A stretch of DNA of 64,000 nucleotides, from positions 8,846,021 through 8,910,020 of the forward strand of contig JAUZTB010000057.1 of the NCBI GenBank assembly GCA_034780895.1, read 5' to 3'. The stretch's first letter is position 1, and each line of letters starts with the position of its first letter. Positions 34,447-48,104 of this stretch are shown here, piece by piece. The notes beneath the pieces are model-generated. The model saw only the letters and a list, made by a program, of their open reading frames with translations, had not been told where the DNA came from and did no database searches. The stretch is from Rhynchobatus australiae. Lineage: Eukaryota. Made by a program: the position numbers and the translations under genes.

Positions 34447-34994
34447 NNNNNNNNNNNNNNNNNNNNNNNNNNNNNNNNNNNNNNNNNNNNNNNNNNNNNN
34501 NNNNNNNNNNNNNNNNNNNNNNNNNNNNNNNNNNNNNNNNNNNNNNNNNNNNNNNNNNNNNNNNNNNNNNNNNNNNNNNNNNNNNNNNNNNNNNNNNNNN
34601 NNNNNNNNNNNNNNNNNNNNNNNNNNNNNNNNNNNNNNNNNNNNNNNNNNNNNNNNNNNNNNNNNNNNNNNNNNNNNNNNNNNNNNNNNNNNNNNNNNNN
34701 NNNNNNNNNNNNNNNNNNNNNNNNNNNNNNNNNNNNNNNNNNNNNNNNNNNNNNNNNNNNNNNNNNNNNNNNNNNNNNNNNNNNNNNNNNNNNNNNNNNN
34801 NNNNNNNNNNNNNNNNNNNNNNNNNNNNNNNNNNNNNNNNNNNNNNNNNNNNNNNNNNNNNNNNNNNNNNNNNNNNNNNNNNNNNNNNNNNNNNNNNNNN
34901 NNNNNNNNNNNNNNNNNNNNNNNNNNNNNNNNNNNNNNNNNNNNNNNNNNNNNNNNNNNNNNNNNNNNNNNNNNNNNNNNNNNNNNNNNNNNNN
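34447..34994. other. Assembly gap (N run) about 1.2 kb from the MSI1 exon
   Basis: Continuous N. Confidence 0.99.
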
Positions 34995-35859
34995 GATACA
35001 AGAGAACACATCAAAAATTAACACAATCATCAATTAACAAATGTAACTGCCGTCTTGCTGTGCAGAGATGATTCAGTGAGCACTTTTCACTGAAAATCTA
35101 TTTAAATGGAAATTCTGCATTCGAAGGCAAGTGCTGTGCTCTCCATTATACGGCCAAGTCAAATGCATGCGCACATTTTGATCTGCTTTATTTCAAATCA
35201 ATGGTGAGTGGTGGCCATACATTCACACTGTTCAGAGGAACACAGTGTGGCAGGGAGACGAGAACATTTGTACTTTAAACAACATACAGAGAGTTGCTTC
35301 CCAGCAATCTGACGTCAACACATCCAACCCCTTTGTTCAAAAGGCAGCAGCTAGTGGTGCTTTCTGCTCCAGAGTTCACCTGCTCTGTAAGCTACAACAT
35401 TACCACTAGACCTTTAATTGCTTCCACCCAACCCCAGTCCTCACAGCTCCAGCAGGCATCTCAACTGCCCTCAATGGAACAGAAATACAAGTGCCCAGGT
35501 AAAGTCGCCCACTCAACTCAGCAGCAGAGGGAAAAATCATTTGGACCCATTTATAGGCTTAGACACTGCATGTGAACCAGTGAACTTTATTTTGGGTACA
35601 CTTTACATATTTGAATCAAATTTAGGACCATCTGCCTTATTGACATTGACCCAATAGTTCATCCTGGGAAGAGGGTGCAGAAGATTGGACAGTGGGGGTG
35701 GGTGGTGGTTTAAAAGTGCATATTTAGTGTCCGGGGGAATGCTTCCACCTGCAGAGTCCCACAGCAGCGCTCTTCCAGTGGGAGGCACAGCCCCACTCCT
35801 GCCACATTGTCAGAGTTCAAGCCCATTTCAGAAACTTTGCCACCTGCTCAAGTGTCATT

Positions 35860-36130
35860 TGAGGGGAGGCTGCGTACAGTCGGTGGCAAGTCTTTCAGGA
35901 GAGATGTTGAAGCAAATGCCTTGTCTGCCCCTGCAGGTGATAACACTGCACTATTTCAAAAAGGATCAGTGCTCATGCCAAAGACCAGCCCTCTACCAGC
36001 ACCCAAGCAGATTGTATGGTCATCATCAAATTGCTGCTCAAGGGAGCTTCTGCACAAATTGGCTATTACATCTCCTTTTAACGGCACTAGATAGACTTTG
36101 GGGTGTCCCAATGTCATAAAACATGTATTC
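35860..36130 (+). mobile_element. SacSINE1-like Deu-domain SINE
   Basis: gtcggtggcaagtctttcaggagagatgttgaagc...gtctgcccctgcaggtg...cactatttcaaaaagg...gggagcttctgcacaaattggct. Confidence 0.7.
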
Positions 36131-36939
36131 TGTTTTAAGAATGCAACATTTTGTCAATAACAGCAGGGAAGTCCTAGGTGAAGCAGCTCCGAGCAGATTC
36201 CACTCCTTACTGTCCAATCTGCCGGAGATATCCCAGCTCACTTACACACCACAGACTTCAGGGTGCAATACTTGAACCTCCCAGACACAGTGACAAAGAA
36301 TGATGCTCTTACTAGAAAGGAGAAATTGACTCAAGACAAAAAAAAAGGGACACAAGCAGCAAATGGGAAGCTCCTTTCGAAAGAATCTCTAGTCTGTGGT
36401 GCACCCAGAATCAATTTAATTCCTTTGAGATCCAAAGGAATATGCAACAGGAGCACAGATTCCAGCCAAGGCTGAACTATTACGCAATTTTTTTTTAAAA
36501 AAAAGAAACAACTCCTCCTGCCCCCCATGATCTGGGGGGGGGGCGNNNNNNNNNNNNNNNNNNNNNNNNNNNNNNNNNNNNNNNNNNNNNNNNNNNNNNN
36601 NNNNNNNNNNNNNNNNNNNNNNNNNNNNNNNNNNNNNNNNNNNNNCCCCCCCCCCCCCCCCCTCATAACCAGTACATTAAATATAGTGCAACATATGCCA
36701 GGCACACCCGTAACTGGCACAAGTTGCCTTTAGCCAGGTGCACCACATTAGTTTCAGGTGTTGGCTCCCAGGAGCATTCATAGAAAGCAGCAAACAGGTA
36801 CAGGTGCAGCTTCATTCAATGTGATTAAGCTCTGGCACACTAATCTTGGTGGTCATTCCAGCGTCATCTGGGGCAAGGCTGGCACAGGCCACCAGTGAAG
36901 CATTAAACCAAAGCCCCACCTGCTCTCGAATGAACAAAG

Positions 36940-37200
36940 TGTTCCCTGACAGTACTTAAGAACAATTCTCCCTGGAGCCTCGATTGATATTAATCCCTCA
37001 ACAGATGCTGCTCGACCCACTGAGTTCCTCCAGCAGATTGTTTGTTGCACTAAAAATACCATCTGGTTATTATACTGGTGTTTGAGAGAGCAAATCTCTA
37101 TTGCACGTTCTACATTACAACTGCTGCTGCAGGTCAAAAAACAGCTTATGGTCTGTGAAGTACATTGGAACATGCCGATGCATTTGCATAGAGCATTTCA
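36940..37200 (+). mobile_element. Deu-SINE remnant containing a Penelope terminus (~37000-37050)
   Basis: atattaatccctcaacagatgctgctcgacccactgagttcctccagcag...atctggttattat...tctacattacaac. Confidence 0.55.
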
Positions 37201-38479
37201 ACAAAAGTCTTGCATTGCTGCATGGTGTGTACAGGTTACGCACAACTGAGAGGAACTACTGTTTCTTTCAACCAAAATTCCTGTGCTAAATGGTAAACAA
37301 TGGATGTGCAGTTGATAATCACGCTTGATGTGTTTGATTCAGGAGTTATTTATATCCAAAGCCAAGTAATTAATGGAATGGAGTGAATGAAACAATACAC
37401 TCATCTGAACAAGCACAGTTGTGAGATCACAAGGCAATTACTGAACATAAGAGTATTATCCCCAAGTCTTGGCCTCATTCTTTCGTGAAGCAACCTAAAA
37501 AATGAATCAACTAACCATTCATCTTCCTTGCCATTTCTGGGGATTGGCTTTATGAAAGTAGCCATCAGCTTATCCTGCAGAATAGCAGCAAGCACGTCAT
37601 ACGAAATCATTTGGCTATTAGTGCATTAGTGTGGTTTGAGGAATGAAAAGCCATTGACGAATACAAATTCAAACATTTTCTTAATGGTCTGAAGAGTCCT
37701 TTGGGGAGTAGACTGTAGACAGTAGCAAATAGGTAGAAACAAAAGGCTTGGTTCCTTCGAGTGGAGCCAGCCAGTGTTTTACCATTCTATTCTGGTACCA
37801 GGCTGATGCTGTGTAACCAGATCCTGAACCTCTGGGCAGTTTGGAGAGTGAAGATTTAATGGAACCAGATAGAATAATCACCCTCCTTCAAGGAGAACAG
37901 ATTACCATTTGCAAAATCTTGTTCTCCACTTACTTTGCAATATTCTCTCTGCCTTCCAAAGTTGCAACCATGAAGTATAAGGAGCCTTCCATCGCTCATC
38001 AGTATACCAGGCCCAATTTGGTGCGGTTAGGACATTTGACTACTGGGGGAGCTTCATGGCTGCCTGCAATACCATATCTACCAATCAGGAAACAGAGCTC
38101 ACTCCTTCCATCCCCACAGTATCTGGTCCCTTGTCATTTCATTTACATCTCTTTCCACCTAGTGGTTTAGTTGTTCTCAACAGTTCTCCCTTTCTGCTGG
38201 AAGTCCCACATCAGACAAACACCAACGTCCACACTTGCTGCACCTCTCACCCTCCTGCCCGGAGTAGACTACTTGCCACCAATGCATCAAGTTTAAAATC
38301 CTTCCACCCAAACCTTCCAAGTCTCTCCAAAGGCACCAGGTGCACTACAACCATGAGAGTGACCATATTGAAGTCCCTGGGATCCTGTGAATTTCCATGT
38401 CCACAGCAGAAAAGCAGCACATGGAATTTAACCCCGAGAACGAGGTAACCCACCTGGAAGCTGCAACAAGGCAAGGAAA

Positions 38480-39071
38480 TCTACAATAAATGGGGTGCAG
38501 AGGAAGAGAGTGAGTTTAGATCCACTCATCCTTAATAGTAGGACAGGTAAAAGGTATATGGATTCTGTCCTTTATCAGCAGAGACATGGAATACACAAGC
38601 AGCAGGGGTTTTGCTGGAACCATGTTCAACACCAATTTGGCTTGCGGAGTGTTCCAGTCACCATTTTACAGGAAAGATGCCATTATATTGGGGAGGGTAC
38701 AAAAGATTTACAGGATGCTGCCAGGACTGGAAAATTTTAGCACTCAGGGAAGATGACATGGGCTCATGTTTAGAACAGAGCAGACTGGGGTTGGATGGGT
38801 GAGGGAAGAGACATAACCAAGGTGTACACGGTTTTTTTTAAATATATAGAGAAAAGAGGTACAGATGTAGTAAATAAGGATCCATTTCCCATATCAGAAG
38901 GGCCAAAAGCAGGGGGAGTGGGCATAGGTTTGCAGTAACTGGTTAAGGGATTAGATTGATGTGGAAGACAAAGGAGGGGGTCTGGAACACACAGCTGAAA
39001 AGGGTGGTAGAAACAGAAGCCCCGATTACACACCAACAGTTCTTGGATGGAGGTGTAGATGAAGAGCTGTG
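38480..39071 (+). mobile_element. Old CR1 ORF2 C-terminal fragment
   Basis: gtgttccagtcaccattttacaggaaagatgcc...gatttacaggatgctgccaggactgg (RKD...RFTGCCQD). Confidence 0.7.
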
Positions 39072-39627
39072 NNNNNNNNNNNNNNNNNNNNNNNNNNNNN
39101 NNNNNNNNNNNNNNNNNNNNNNNNNNNNNNNNNNNNNNNNNNNNNNNNNNNNNNNNNNNNNNNNNNNNNNNTTTATGTTTTGCGAATATCTTTAGTAAAC
39201 AGTGGAGTTTGGGGTTTACATATGCTAGTAGATACATTATAGATATAGGTGGAGATTATATAAAATAATCCAAATTAACATGCCCAAACGCAAATAATTA
39301 GAAAACATTATTCTTTATTAATTCAAATAGAGCTCTCTAATAATATAACTCAGAGTGTAAAACATTTCTGAATGAAGAGCAGCATCAACCGATTGCACTC
39401 ACTTTGCACTTGCTGATTAATCTGATTGCAAAATTAACCCTTTTCATTCATTAAGTCAAATGTTAACAAAATTAAGCTTCATGGCAAGGAATCTTGGAGA
39501 TATACTAGCAAAATCTGACAGGCTGTTTCAAGCAGAGATGTTTCAAGTTAAGTGATAACAAAGTGGAAAGATCATTGCTTATATATCTAGAATTTTCATG
39601 CCACTGTTCTCTCCCATCCAAGGCAGC

Positions 39628-39632
<5 letters not shown>

Positions 39633-39677
<45 letters not shown>
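39633..39677 (+). repeat. (TG)n microsatellite, about 22 units
   Basis: Pure tg run followed by tctg units. Confidence 0.95.
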
Positions 39678-39678
<1 letters not shown>

Positions 39679-42600
39679 TGTCTGTCGCTGCTGTCTGACT
39701 ACCATGAAGGGTGTGCTATTAAAGGCCAATGGCCTTCTTTGACTGCTGTGTCGTGAGGTGTGTTCAATTGTCTGCATTGAATTGAGCATGATAACACCAG
39801 AAATCGTGCCGTTTCCACTTGAGTACATCTGTCTGTCTGTAACCCACCATAATACTGTTTCCAATATCCCTTTGACTGATTTTGTGCTATTTTTTTGGAG
39901 GAAATTTGATTTAATTGGTGCAAAAATCAACAATATTAGGCATACCAAGAGTAGTGAAATTTAATTTCTGGATCATCATCTATATGAGAATGGGAAGGTG
40001 TGAATTAGTAATTTCTGAATTAGCCTCACTTGATAACCTTCTGTGAGAACTCAAGAAGAATTAATATTTATACTCAGCAGTAAAGTAATTCGTCCAGGGT
40101 TAATATCCTTCCTATAATCCATAGCAAGTTAAAAAAAAACTGGAGAACATTACAAGGAATATTACTTTTGCATTACCACCTTTTAATGTAATCAATCCTG
40201 ATTTAATCCTATAATATTACTGTGGAGAATATAAAACCTCCATTGATCTAGAAAGATGTGGTGCTATATTTGTAACTCTGCAGACAGGATTCCATACTTC
40301 ATAAAACATATTTCAGGTGCACGTAAGTCTTATTGCTCTGATTAAACATGTTCTGGTGCAAATAATTCCCTTGTGTCTAATGTTGAAATTCTACATTTGC
40401 AATAGTGCTGACATTCTCTATTAGAAACTCCAACTCTTGTGTTTGAAATGTAGCTTTTTATTTCCACTTGCTGTGTCAATAAATGCAGGGGTAGGACAAG
40501 TGACACAAAGATGATAAAAAGGACCAGAGCCTGTGGTCTTTGAACATTGATAGTAGGGGCACCCTCCACCTTTCAATGCTGAAGCACACAGGTTCAGAGA
40601 AGGACTTGCACAAGAGATCCCACAAACAGGAGGGAACTGCACTCAAGAGCAAGAAAAAGCCTTCAAAACAGGAAACTAGATAAACACCACCACCAAAAAT
40701 CCATGTTTCCTGGTGATGCTGCTTTTGCAAATATAAATATTTGATTACTTCACGTCAAGCCAGAAAACCAAAACTGAAACAGAACCTTCCCCCACCACCC
40801 CTTCTCCTACAACTCATTCCAAAACAGAGACAAAAGAAAATGTATGATTACACTGAAAGCACGCAAAGCAAACTATAAAACTACCAACTCTAAAATATCC
40901 CAATGACGTGCAACGTTTTTAAATATACAAATTTCAAAATACAGAAATTCTATGGACTACTTCCTGCTTACCAGATTCAAGAAAAATAAGTGCATAGAAC
41001 TGTACCACAATAATTAACTTATTTTCTTTTTAAAAAATTTGCTGTTCAATGCAGTGTTGCCATCTCGAGTGGCCAAGTGCAGGTTCTTGCTCTCAAGAGA
41101 TTGGATTACTTGCTCCTAATCCCCTACTTTAGGAAGGTTTAAAATATTCTCTGAAAAGCAAAGCTATTCATGCTTTCTTTGTTTTAAGTTTCAGGTTCCT
41201 AGTGACTCACTAGGAACTCATTGTAGAATGAGGTGGAAAGTGTACATTACAAACCTTTGTGATGCAAGCAAACAACTTGCATAACTGAGCAGAGGCAGAT
41301 ACTGTAAAGTGGGTTACAATCCCAATTCATTTTTTAAAAAAAGTCACTTGGTCTATAAATAATCCTGCCAAAAATGAGTTTTATTTTTAAAAAATTTAAA
41401 ACTATGTGCTTCGATCATACCAGTTGTTGGCCCATTTCACATTTGCTTTTGTGAATGTAACGCCATTCACTTAGGGTATGAGGCACGTTCTATTTTTATT
41501 CTAGGGGATTTAAACCGAAGGTTTGGAAATCATGATCGTCTGTTTTTCACAAAAACAAACGAAAACCAGTATAACATACAAAGGGGCTGCTATTCCCTAT
41601 ACATTTATACTGCATGAATAAGTCACATTCCGATTTTATTAGATGGGATTCCAGGACTTTTAAAACCAGGGTTTTAGGGAATTGAATTCTTCATTTGTTT
41701 TTTTTTGTCAAAATGAAAACCTAAACCTTTAGCCACTAACCCATTAAATTTTATTTACAGCTGCTTTTCACTTACTGTATCAATGCCGTTTTCTAATAGT
41801 ACACAAGGATCCTAGACTCAGAATATAGGCCTGGACAATGCAGTTGCAGGCAATGATGCCGGCTTTCATTGAAAGCTGTCCACAAAAGATCCAGTGTCCT
41901 CGTGATACAGATTCAATGGAAGCAGCCAATCACAAAGAACTCTCACACAGTAAACTAGAAAGTTAAAGTAGCTCATAACTTTTTTCCTCTTAAACGATGG
42001 AGTCCAAAATAAAAATAGAAACAAGGTTAAAGCAGAAGAAACATTATAATTTAGGTATGGGACTTAAATACTTGAGGGCAGGAAAGCTCAGAAATAAATT
42101 ATCTCATGCTCAGAGATTGTTTTGCATTAATTATGACTTATCACATCATTAATAAAATAAATCACACCTCATGTACCCTTAAGATTATTTGTGCAATTCA
42201 TTGCTAGTTCACCTCCTGGACTAGAGGCTGCTGCACAGGTGTATTATCTGCAAAGCAGGATACTATTGATAACTTCTGGATTTGTGTGTTTAACTACACA
42301 AATACATTCCCCTGCAAGCTGCAGTGAAACTTCTTTCACTATGTCAGGGAGCATTAGCAGATTCACCATTCTTGCATCAAATTTCAGGCCACTTACAATT
42401 AACAGTAAACTACAGACAGCAAACCTTGGAAGGGCAACAGAAAAATAAGGCAACACAAATGATTGAAATTGCATTTCTGAAAGGACAATTTCAACTTCTT
42501 AAAAAGTGCAGGAATTATTTTAAGATATCAACAGGATGACACATACAGTAATTCTACAAAGCCACTATCATTCAAGTACTGAAAGACCAGAACTGCCTAC

Positions 42601-42934
42601 CAGTGGTGTACAACATTGAAGATTTGGAGGCAATTTCTAATCCACTTGTGGTACTCAAATCTCACTGACCATGACTGCACACATTCAGAAGTTGAAATTC
42701 TCTCAGAAATGCAATTCCTAACAGATAGTCTGTCTTATCGTTTGACATTGGCTTCAGAGAAGTAGCTGGCAATGGATTCCTTCAGCCACAGGTGATTTGG
42801 GGCGATAGAAAAAAATCTGCTGGCTACATCGTTTGGACAGCCTCATTCTAAGGCAAGTGGGTGTGGTCCTTTGCAAATAGTCCTCTCACTCAATATTAAT
42901 TTTCCTGCACACTAACAGAGCACGTTTAACACAC

Positions 42935-43330
42935 AAGGTTGCCCTTACTCCTGCCTCCAAGTTACAAGGTTGTGAGTTCAAGTCCCACTCCAGGGAACAC
43001 AAAATCTAGGCCGACAATTCAGTGCAGTGTTGAGTGAGCTCAGAAATACTGCCTCTCAGCTGTTAAACCAGCATCACATCAGCTCTTTTGGGGGGGGGGA
43101 AAGAAAGAAAAGGAGAAAGGACTTATTGCCCAGCAAAGGTTTCTCTCTGGTGTCCCCATGGGCATTTATCCCTCAAACAAAACATCGCCCAAACAGAATT
43201 GCACTGTTGCTGGTAGGAGTTTGCTTCACACATTGGGCACTGAGCGTCCAGCATTACAAAGTACATCACTGGCCGAAAGGCACAGCAGTGTCTTGATGTC
43301 ATCGATGTGAATCGACCCTTCTTTCATTGG
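42935..43330 (+). mobile_element. SacSINE1-like Deu-domain SINE
   Basis: aaggttgtgagttcaagtcccactccag...atctaggccgacaattcagtgcagtgttgagtgag...atttatccctcaaac. Confidence 0.7.
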
Positions 43331-43499
43331 CTGTGACACAGTTTTGGACAAAGTGAAGATGTCACAGGGCAAGCTCCCATCTGGGAGCACTCACAGCAGC
43401 AACCACTAGAACGGTGCAGAGTCCACAGTCACATGACAGGAATACTCGGTCATAACGTAGGNNNNNNNNNNNNNNNNNNNNNNNNNNNNNNNNNNNNNN

Positions 43500-43785
43500 T
43501 GTCACCGATTTACACTTGTCTCATTTTGTTCTTCCCCATGGTCCTAACAACTTCCCCACACACTAGAGGCAAACAACAGCGGCCAGGTAATCTACTGACA
43601 TGCATAACTCTGGGATGTGGGAGGAAACCAGAGCAGAGTACGGTGGGTGGGGGAGCGGAGAAATGTTGAGAAGCCCAGGCAGTCAGAGGGAAAAGCACAC
43701 AGACTCCACACCGCACTGCAGGTCAGGATTGAACTTGGGTCACTGGGACACAGACAGCAGCTCTACTAGCTGCAGTACACAACTT
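43500..43785 (-). mobile_element. HE1-like SINE
   Basis: gggatgtgggaggaaaccagagca...actccacac...gtcaggattgaacttgggtcactgg...cagcagctctactagctgc. Confidence 0.75.
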
Positions 43786-44059
43786 GACAAATCCGAGACC
43801 AGGCAGCAAAGTTTTACAAAGCTGACAGTGCTGTGCCCAGCCTGGGAGAATTACACCCCACATGGGGAAAAAGTAGTTTCCTATTTCCCCACCTGGCTGT
43901 ATGCAACTCGCCAAACTATCAAAACTCTAGTGTTACCAGTATGGGAAAAGGAATGGCTACCAGAACAGGCAGCACCACTGGAATGCAGTTGTGAGCTTGC
44001 TCTATTATTTAATAAATGCAGTCACCGAAAAATTCTCCTTCAAGAAAAAAATAGCAAAC

Positions 44060-44900
44060 ATCAATGCTCAGTGACACAGATCACTCCATTCCAAGGTGCA
44101 CTCTCTCCACTGTGTCAGGTCAGTCAACGTCAATAGGCCCAGCAAGGGTGGATGGAGGGGCCCTCCCCCAACATTTGTGGAATTGCTCCCACCCCCAGAC
44201 TCTTCACAATCCTCAAAGAGGAACAATGCAAGGGAGACCATCACTAGAGTGCTGGAGAAGTAGATCCTGGTTATTCGTCCAGAACCCCCAACCCTCCTCC
44301 AGCAGCTCATTAGTTCTTTGGCCCCAATGCAGCCTGTGATCCAAACTCCTTTGGCTAGCAAGATGGGCCAAGCATTTACCATGGTCGAAGGGAGGTGATG
44401 AGGGAAGCAGGGGGTTGACAAGGCAGAAGGCAGGCACCAGTGCAGAACCCCAAGCTGTACGATCCCTGCCAGGGAGCAAGACCCTCTGCTGTTGAAACAT
44501 CAGCTCTCTTGCAGGACCCACAAGATTCTGAGACTTGATCACCACAGTACTAACACATGTAGGGAGCAATGTGGACCTGGACAGTCATGTAGGTGCCCAT
44601 GCAAAAGGACAAGATTACAATATCCTACAACTTAAACAGCCAGATCATAACAGGAGGCTGGGTAACACAAGGTGGGTGGGAACTGGCATCCGGGTGGATG
44701 GGCACCATGGAACCCCATCCCAGCAAGAGTTAGTGTCTGTCAGAGAGCTGGGGCAAGCAATGTAAACTGGACTTGTAAGAAGTTTTAAAGCGAGAACAAA
44801 AATGTGCTTGGAATTGCTCCACTGGATTGACACAGAGGTGCAACAAGAGCTGAAACCTCCCACCAATCCCCCGGTGTGTTGATAAGAGCCATCCACGAAG
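44060..44900 (-). mobile_element. Highly degenerate LINE APE-endonuclease region
   Basis: Minus-strand remnants DIVIL (~44620) and SD(H)-like SDLCH (~44075) appear in the expected order; many frameshifts. Confidence 0.35.
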
Positions 44901-46074
44901 AAAACCACAATTAGTCAGACAAATTAATATTCTTCTGGCAAAAAAAACAGAAGCATTAGGGAAATGCAGTTTAACAACAGGGTTCTTGCTAAGTTACTGA
45001 AGATGCACAAATAAAACACTACCAAGAATGAGACTCAGACAAAGCCTACACATGTTAGGCCACAGAAGCATGCCCAGCTTTTTGTATGCAAGTCCAAGTA
45101 TACACAAACTCAGTGAGAATGTACACGTACTAATTCGTCATAAGAACTGGTCTCTCATCTGTCATTTCCTCAGTTTCTAATCTCCAGCTCTGGGTCCTTC
45201 GTTGGGTCCAATTCCATCAAATCCCACAGCCAGAGGTACAGAGACATGCACGCAAGCACCTCACAGCAGTAACTGGAGGGGCAAATATTTCTCCAGCTGA
45301 ACAGTGATGAAAGGCCATTGATCAGAACCATTACCTTTTTTTATGGTTTTATTTCTAAAGCCAAGACAAATTAATTGAAAACCATAAAAGCAAGTAGTCC
45401 TGCATGATTTAACTGGAGGGGAAAAGACAACCAGCTGTACTTTGGCTGGATGGTTACAGTGGCCCAAGCATCAATTCAGAAACACGGGAATGCAGAAAGG
45501 CACAAGGCAGGGGGACCGACAAGAGACCTCTAACGCAAAGAGCCGAGAGACAGAGAGAAATGATAATGTGCAACAATCCACTTATACAAGCCTGACGCAA
45601 GCAGATGTCTTATCCACAGATCAGCCTCCCTACCTTGCAAGTCACACTAAGACAGCTGGGGAGATGCAATCTGCTCCAACTAGCATCAACCACTGCTCAG
45701 TACCCAAAGGACATAGGTATGCTGCCTAAAAATAGAATCCTAGGCACTTCCTGGCACACTGTGCATTAAGCACACTGCTCAGCAGTGTCTGCTGATGTCA
45801 AGCTGAATGGCACTACGATTATTCAATGATTCATTTCAATAATTGATACAACTATTCTATTACAAAACTAATCAGCTGCACAGACAGCTCTGCCAGCCTT
45901 TTGATAACATTCTCCGAAGTTCCCTAAACATGGGATGTTTTATTTCTGGTTCGAGCAGCGACTTCCAGGTTCTTCTCCCCCACTCCAACCCCGTCTCTCT
46001 TCCCTTGCACAGAGGCAATGACTTGGTTGAGGTAAAGCTCCACGTCTATCAGCAGCCCTCTTCTACACAAGATA

Positions 46075-46975
46075 AACTAACAGGAGTAGCCCACTCAGCA
46101 CCTCAAACCTGCCCCCACCATTCAATATGATCATGGCTGATCTGCCCTAGGCCTCATCTCCTCTTGCATGCCAGTGCCTCACTGTCCTCTCTTCCTTCAT
46201 CTTTCAAACATTTATCTCCTTAGTCCTTAAAAACCATCAGTCACCTATTGCCCATAATCTCTTCAAGNNNNNNNNNNNNNNNNNNNNNNNNNNNNNNNNN
46301 NNNNNNNNNNNNNNNNNNNNNNNNNNNNNNNNNNNNNNNNNNNNNNNNNNNNNNNNNNNNNNNNNNNATCTCCTCTTGCATGCCAGTGCCTCACTGTCCT
46401 CTATTCCTTCATCTTTCACACATTTATCTACTTAGTCCTTAAAAACCATCAGTCACCTATTGCCCATAATCTCTTCAAGGTAGAGAATTCACCACCCTCT
46501 GCAAGGTATCCTCTTGTCAAGCCCTCTCAGGATCTTATTTCGATAAGATCACTCCATTTTTCTAAACAATAAATGTAGATCTAATTTTCATCAGCCACTT
46601 GTGACAGGACAACTTTCTCATCCCAGGAATTAGCCTAGCTAATGGCTTTTGGACTGCATTTAAATGCCAGAATATTTTTTCTTAAATAGGGGGACCATAA
46701 CTGTGCCAGTACTCCAGGTCCGGCCTCACCAGTACCCTGTACAATTGTAATACTACTTCCCAATTTCTAAACTCCAACCCTCTTGTAATATTCACCTTCT
46801 AACTACTTGCTGCACCTGACTGCCAACTTTGTATGATTCATGTAAAACACTTGGATCCCTCTATTTCACTCATCTGCAATCTTTCTCCATTTAGATAATC
46901 TCCCTTAAGGTTCCTCTTACCAAAGAGCATTACCTCACACTTTTCCCCAAGTTAACCTCCATTTGCCAAGTTCTT
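46075..46975 (-). mobile_element. CR1 3' fragment spanning a gap
   Basis: aggagtagcccactcagcacctcaaacctgcc tail; ggggaccataactgtgccagtactccaggtccggcctcacc is the reverse of VRPDLEYWHSYGPP, an LVRPHLEYC-like motif. Confidence 0.75.
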
Positions 46976-47384
46976 GCCCACTCAGTCAGCCTGCCTACAT
47001 CCAGTTGCAGTGTCCAAATATTCCCAGTGCAACATGCCCTCCCACTCATTTTCATATCATCAGCAACACCACACAAGGTCCTTCAACCTCAACAACCAAT
47101 GCTTCCATGAGGCTCTCTCAGCATGTGGAATGTCACCAAGCCCACACATCCCATGTATGTGAGCCAGCTGTAATCAGAGGATGACAATCAGAAACAAAAG
47201 GCATCTCATCTGCCAGCTACCTACCCTCTTAAAAAAAAAATCAGAGGAAGTGCATTATTAGAAATCCATCCAACCACTTGTACTTCCTGTCAAAAGGAAG
47301 CTTCCACCACCAATTCCAAGAAGTTTACATGGAAGAAAGCCAATGACTTGCACTCAAACTCCCACCAAAAAAAGATGCGACTCT

Positions 47385-47860
47385 CTGCTGAGCTAGAAGG
47401 GACTGAAATAATGCTGCAGCTACACAAATTTCTGGTTAGATCTGAAATTTAGAATTCTGGCTCTGTTTAGGCCACTGAGGCTTGGAAAAGATTGCGTGAG
47501 CTTGAAGCAAATACAGATTCTCCAACCCGTCACCAGGGGTTAAAAGGGTTAAATTACAGAAGATATGTTGAATAGATAGAATACAGAAGATGAGATTATA
47601 TAGAGAGCACCCATTTCTTCACTGGTAAAGTACAGGAGGAGACTTGAAACTTAAAATTAGAACCAGGCCAACGTGTGGAAATCTGAAAATTTGCCTCCAA
47701 AAACCTGTTTGAGGTGGGATAATCTGACAATCATGCGTTAGGCGGGAGTATCAAAGGACGTGGAGCAAAGCAAGAAAAATGGAACTTAAGATACAGATCA
47801 GCCTTAACCACAGTGAAGAACAACTTAGGCTTAAGGAGCTGAATGGCCTGTTCACGTGAT
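47385..47860 (+). mobile_element. Old CR1 3' fragment
   Basis: ataatgctgcagctacacaaatttctggttaga...gatacagatcagcctt...aaggagctgaatggcctgttc tail. Confidence 0.6.
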
Positions 47861-48104
47861 CCAAGCTGGTGCTCGGACACAGACCTCAGCAACCATTGTC
47901 TGCGATTCCCAAACGCCAACATAGCAAAACTGGCAAAGGATCTGGAGTTTTCAATTCACTGCAAAACAAGCATATCAAGATAAAATGTTTCTCTGGTCAT
48001 TGGATAAAAAAATCAAGGGCCTTATGATTCATTTGTAGTGAGCTACTCCCACACCATTCTTACCTCAAAGTTACATCACGGCTTTAGTCTTCAACAAATA
48101 ATTT

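Noticed and set aside
46156-46479. 112-bp tandem duplication with 3 mismatches across a 100-N gap
   Set aside because: Most likely an allelic or erroneous contig overlap inside a CR1 fragment.
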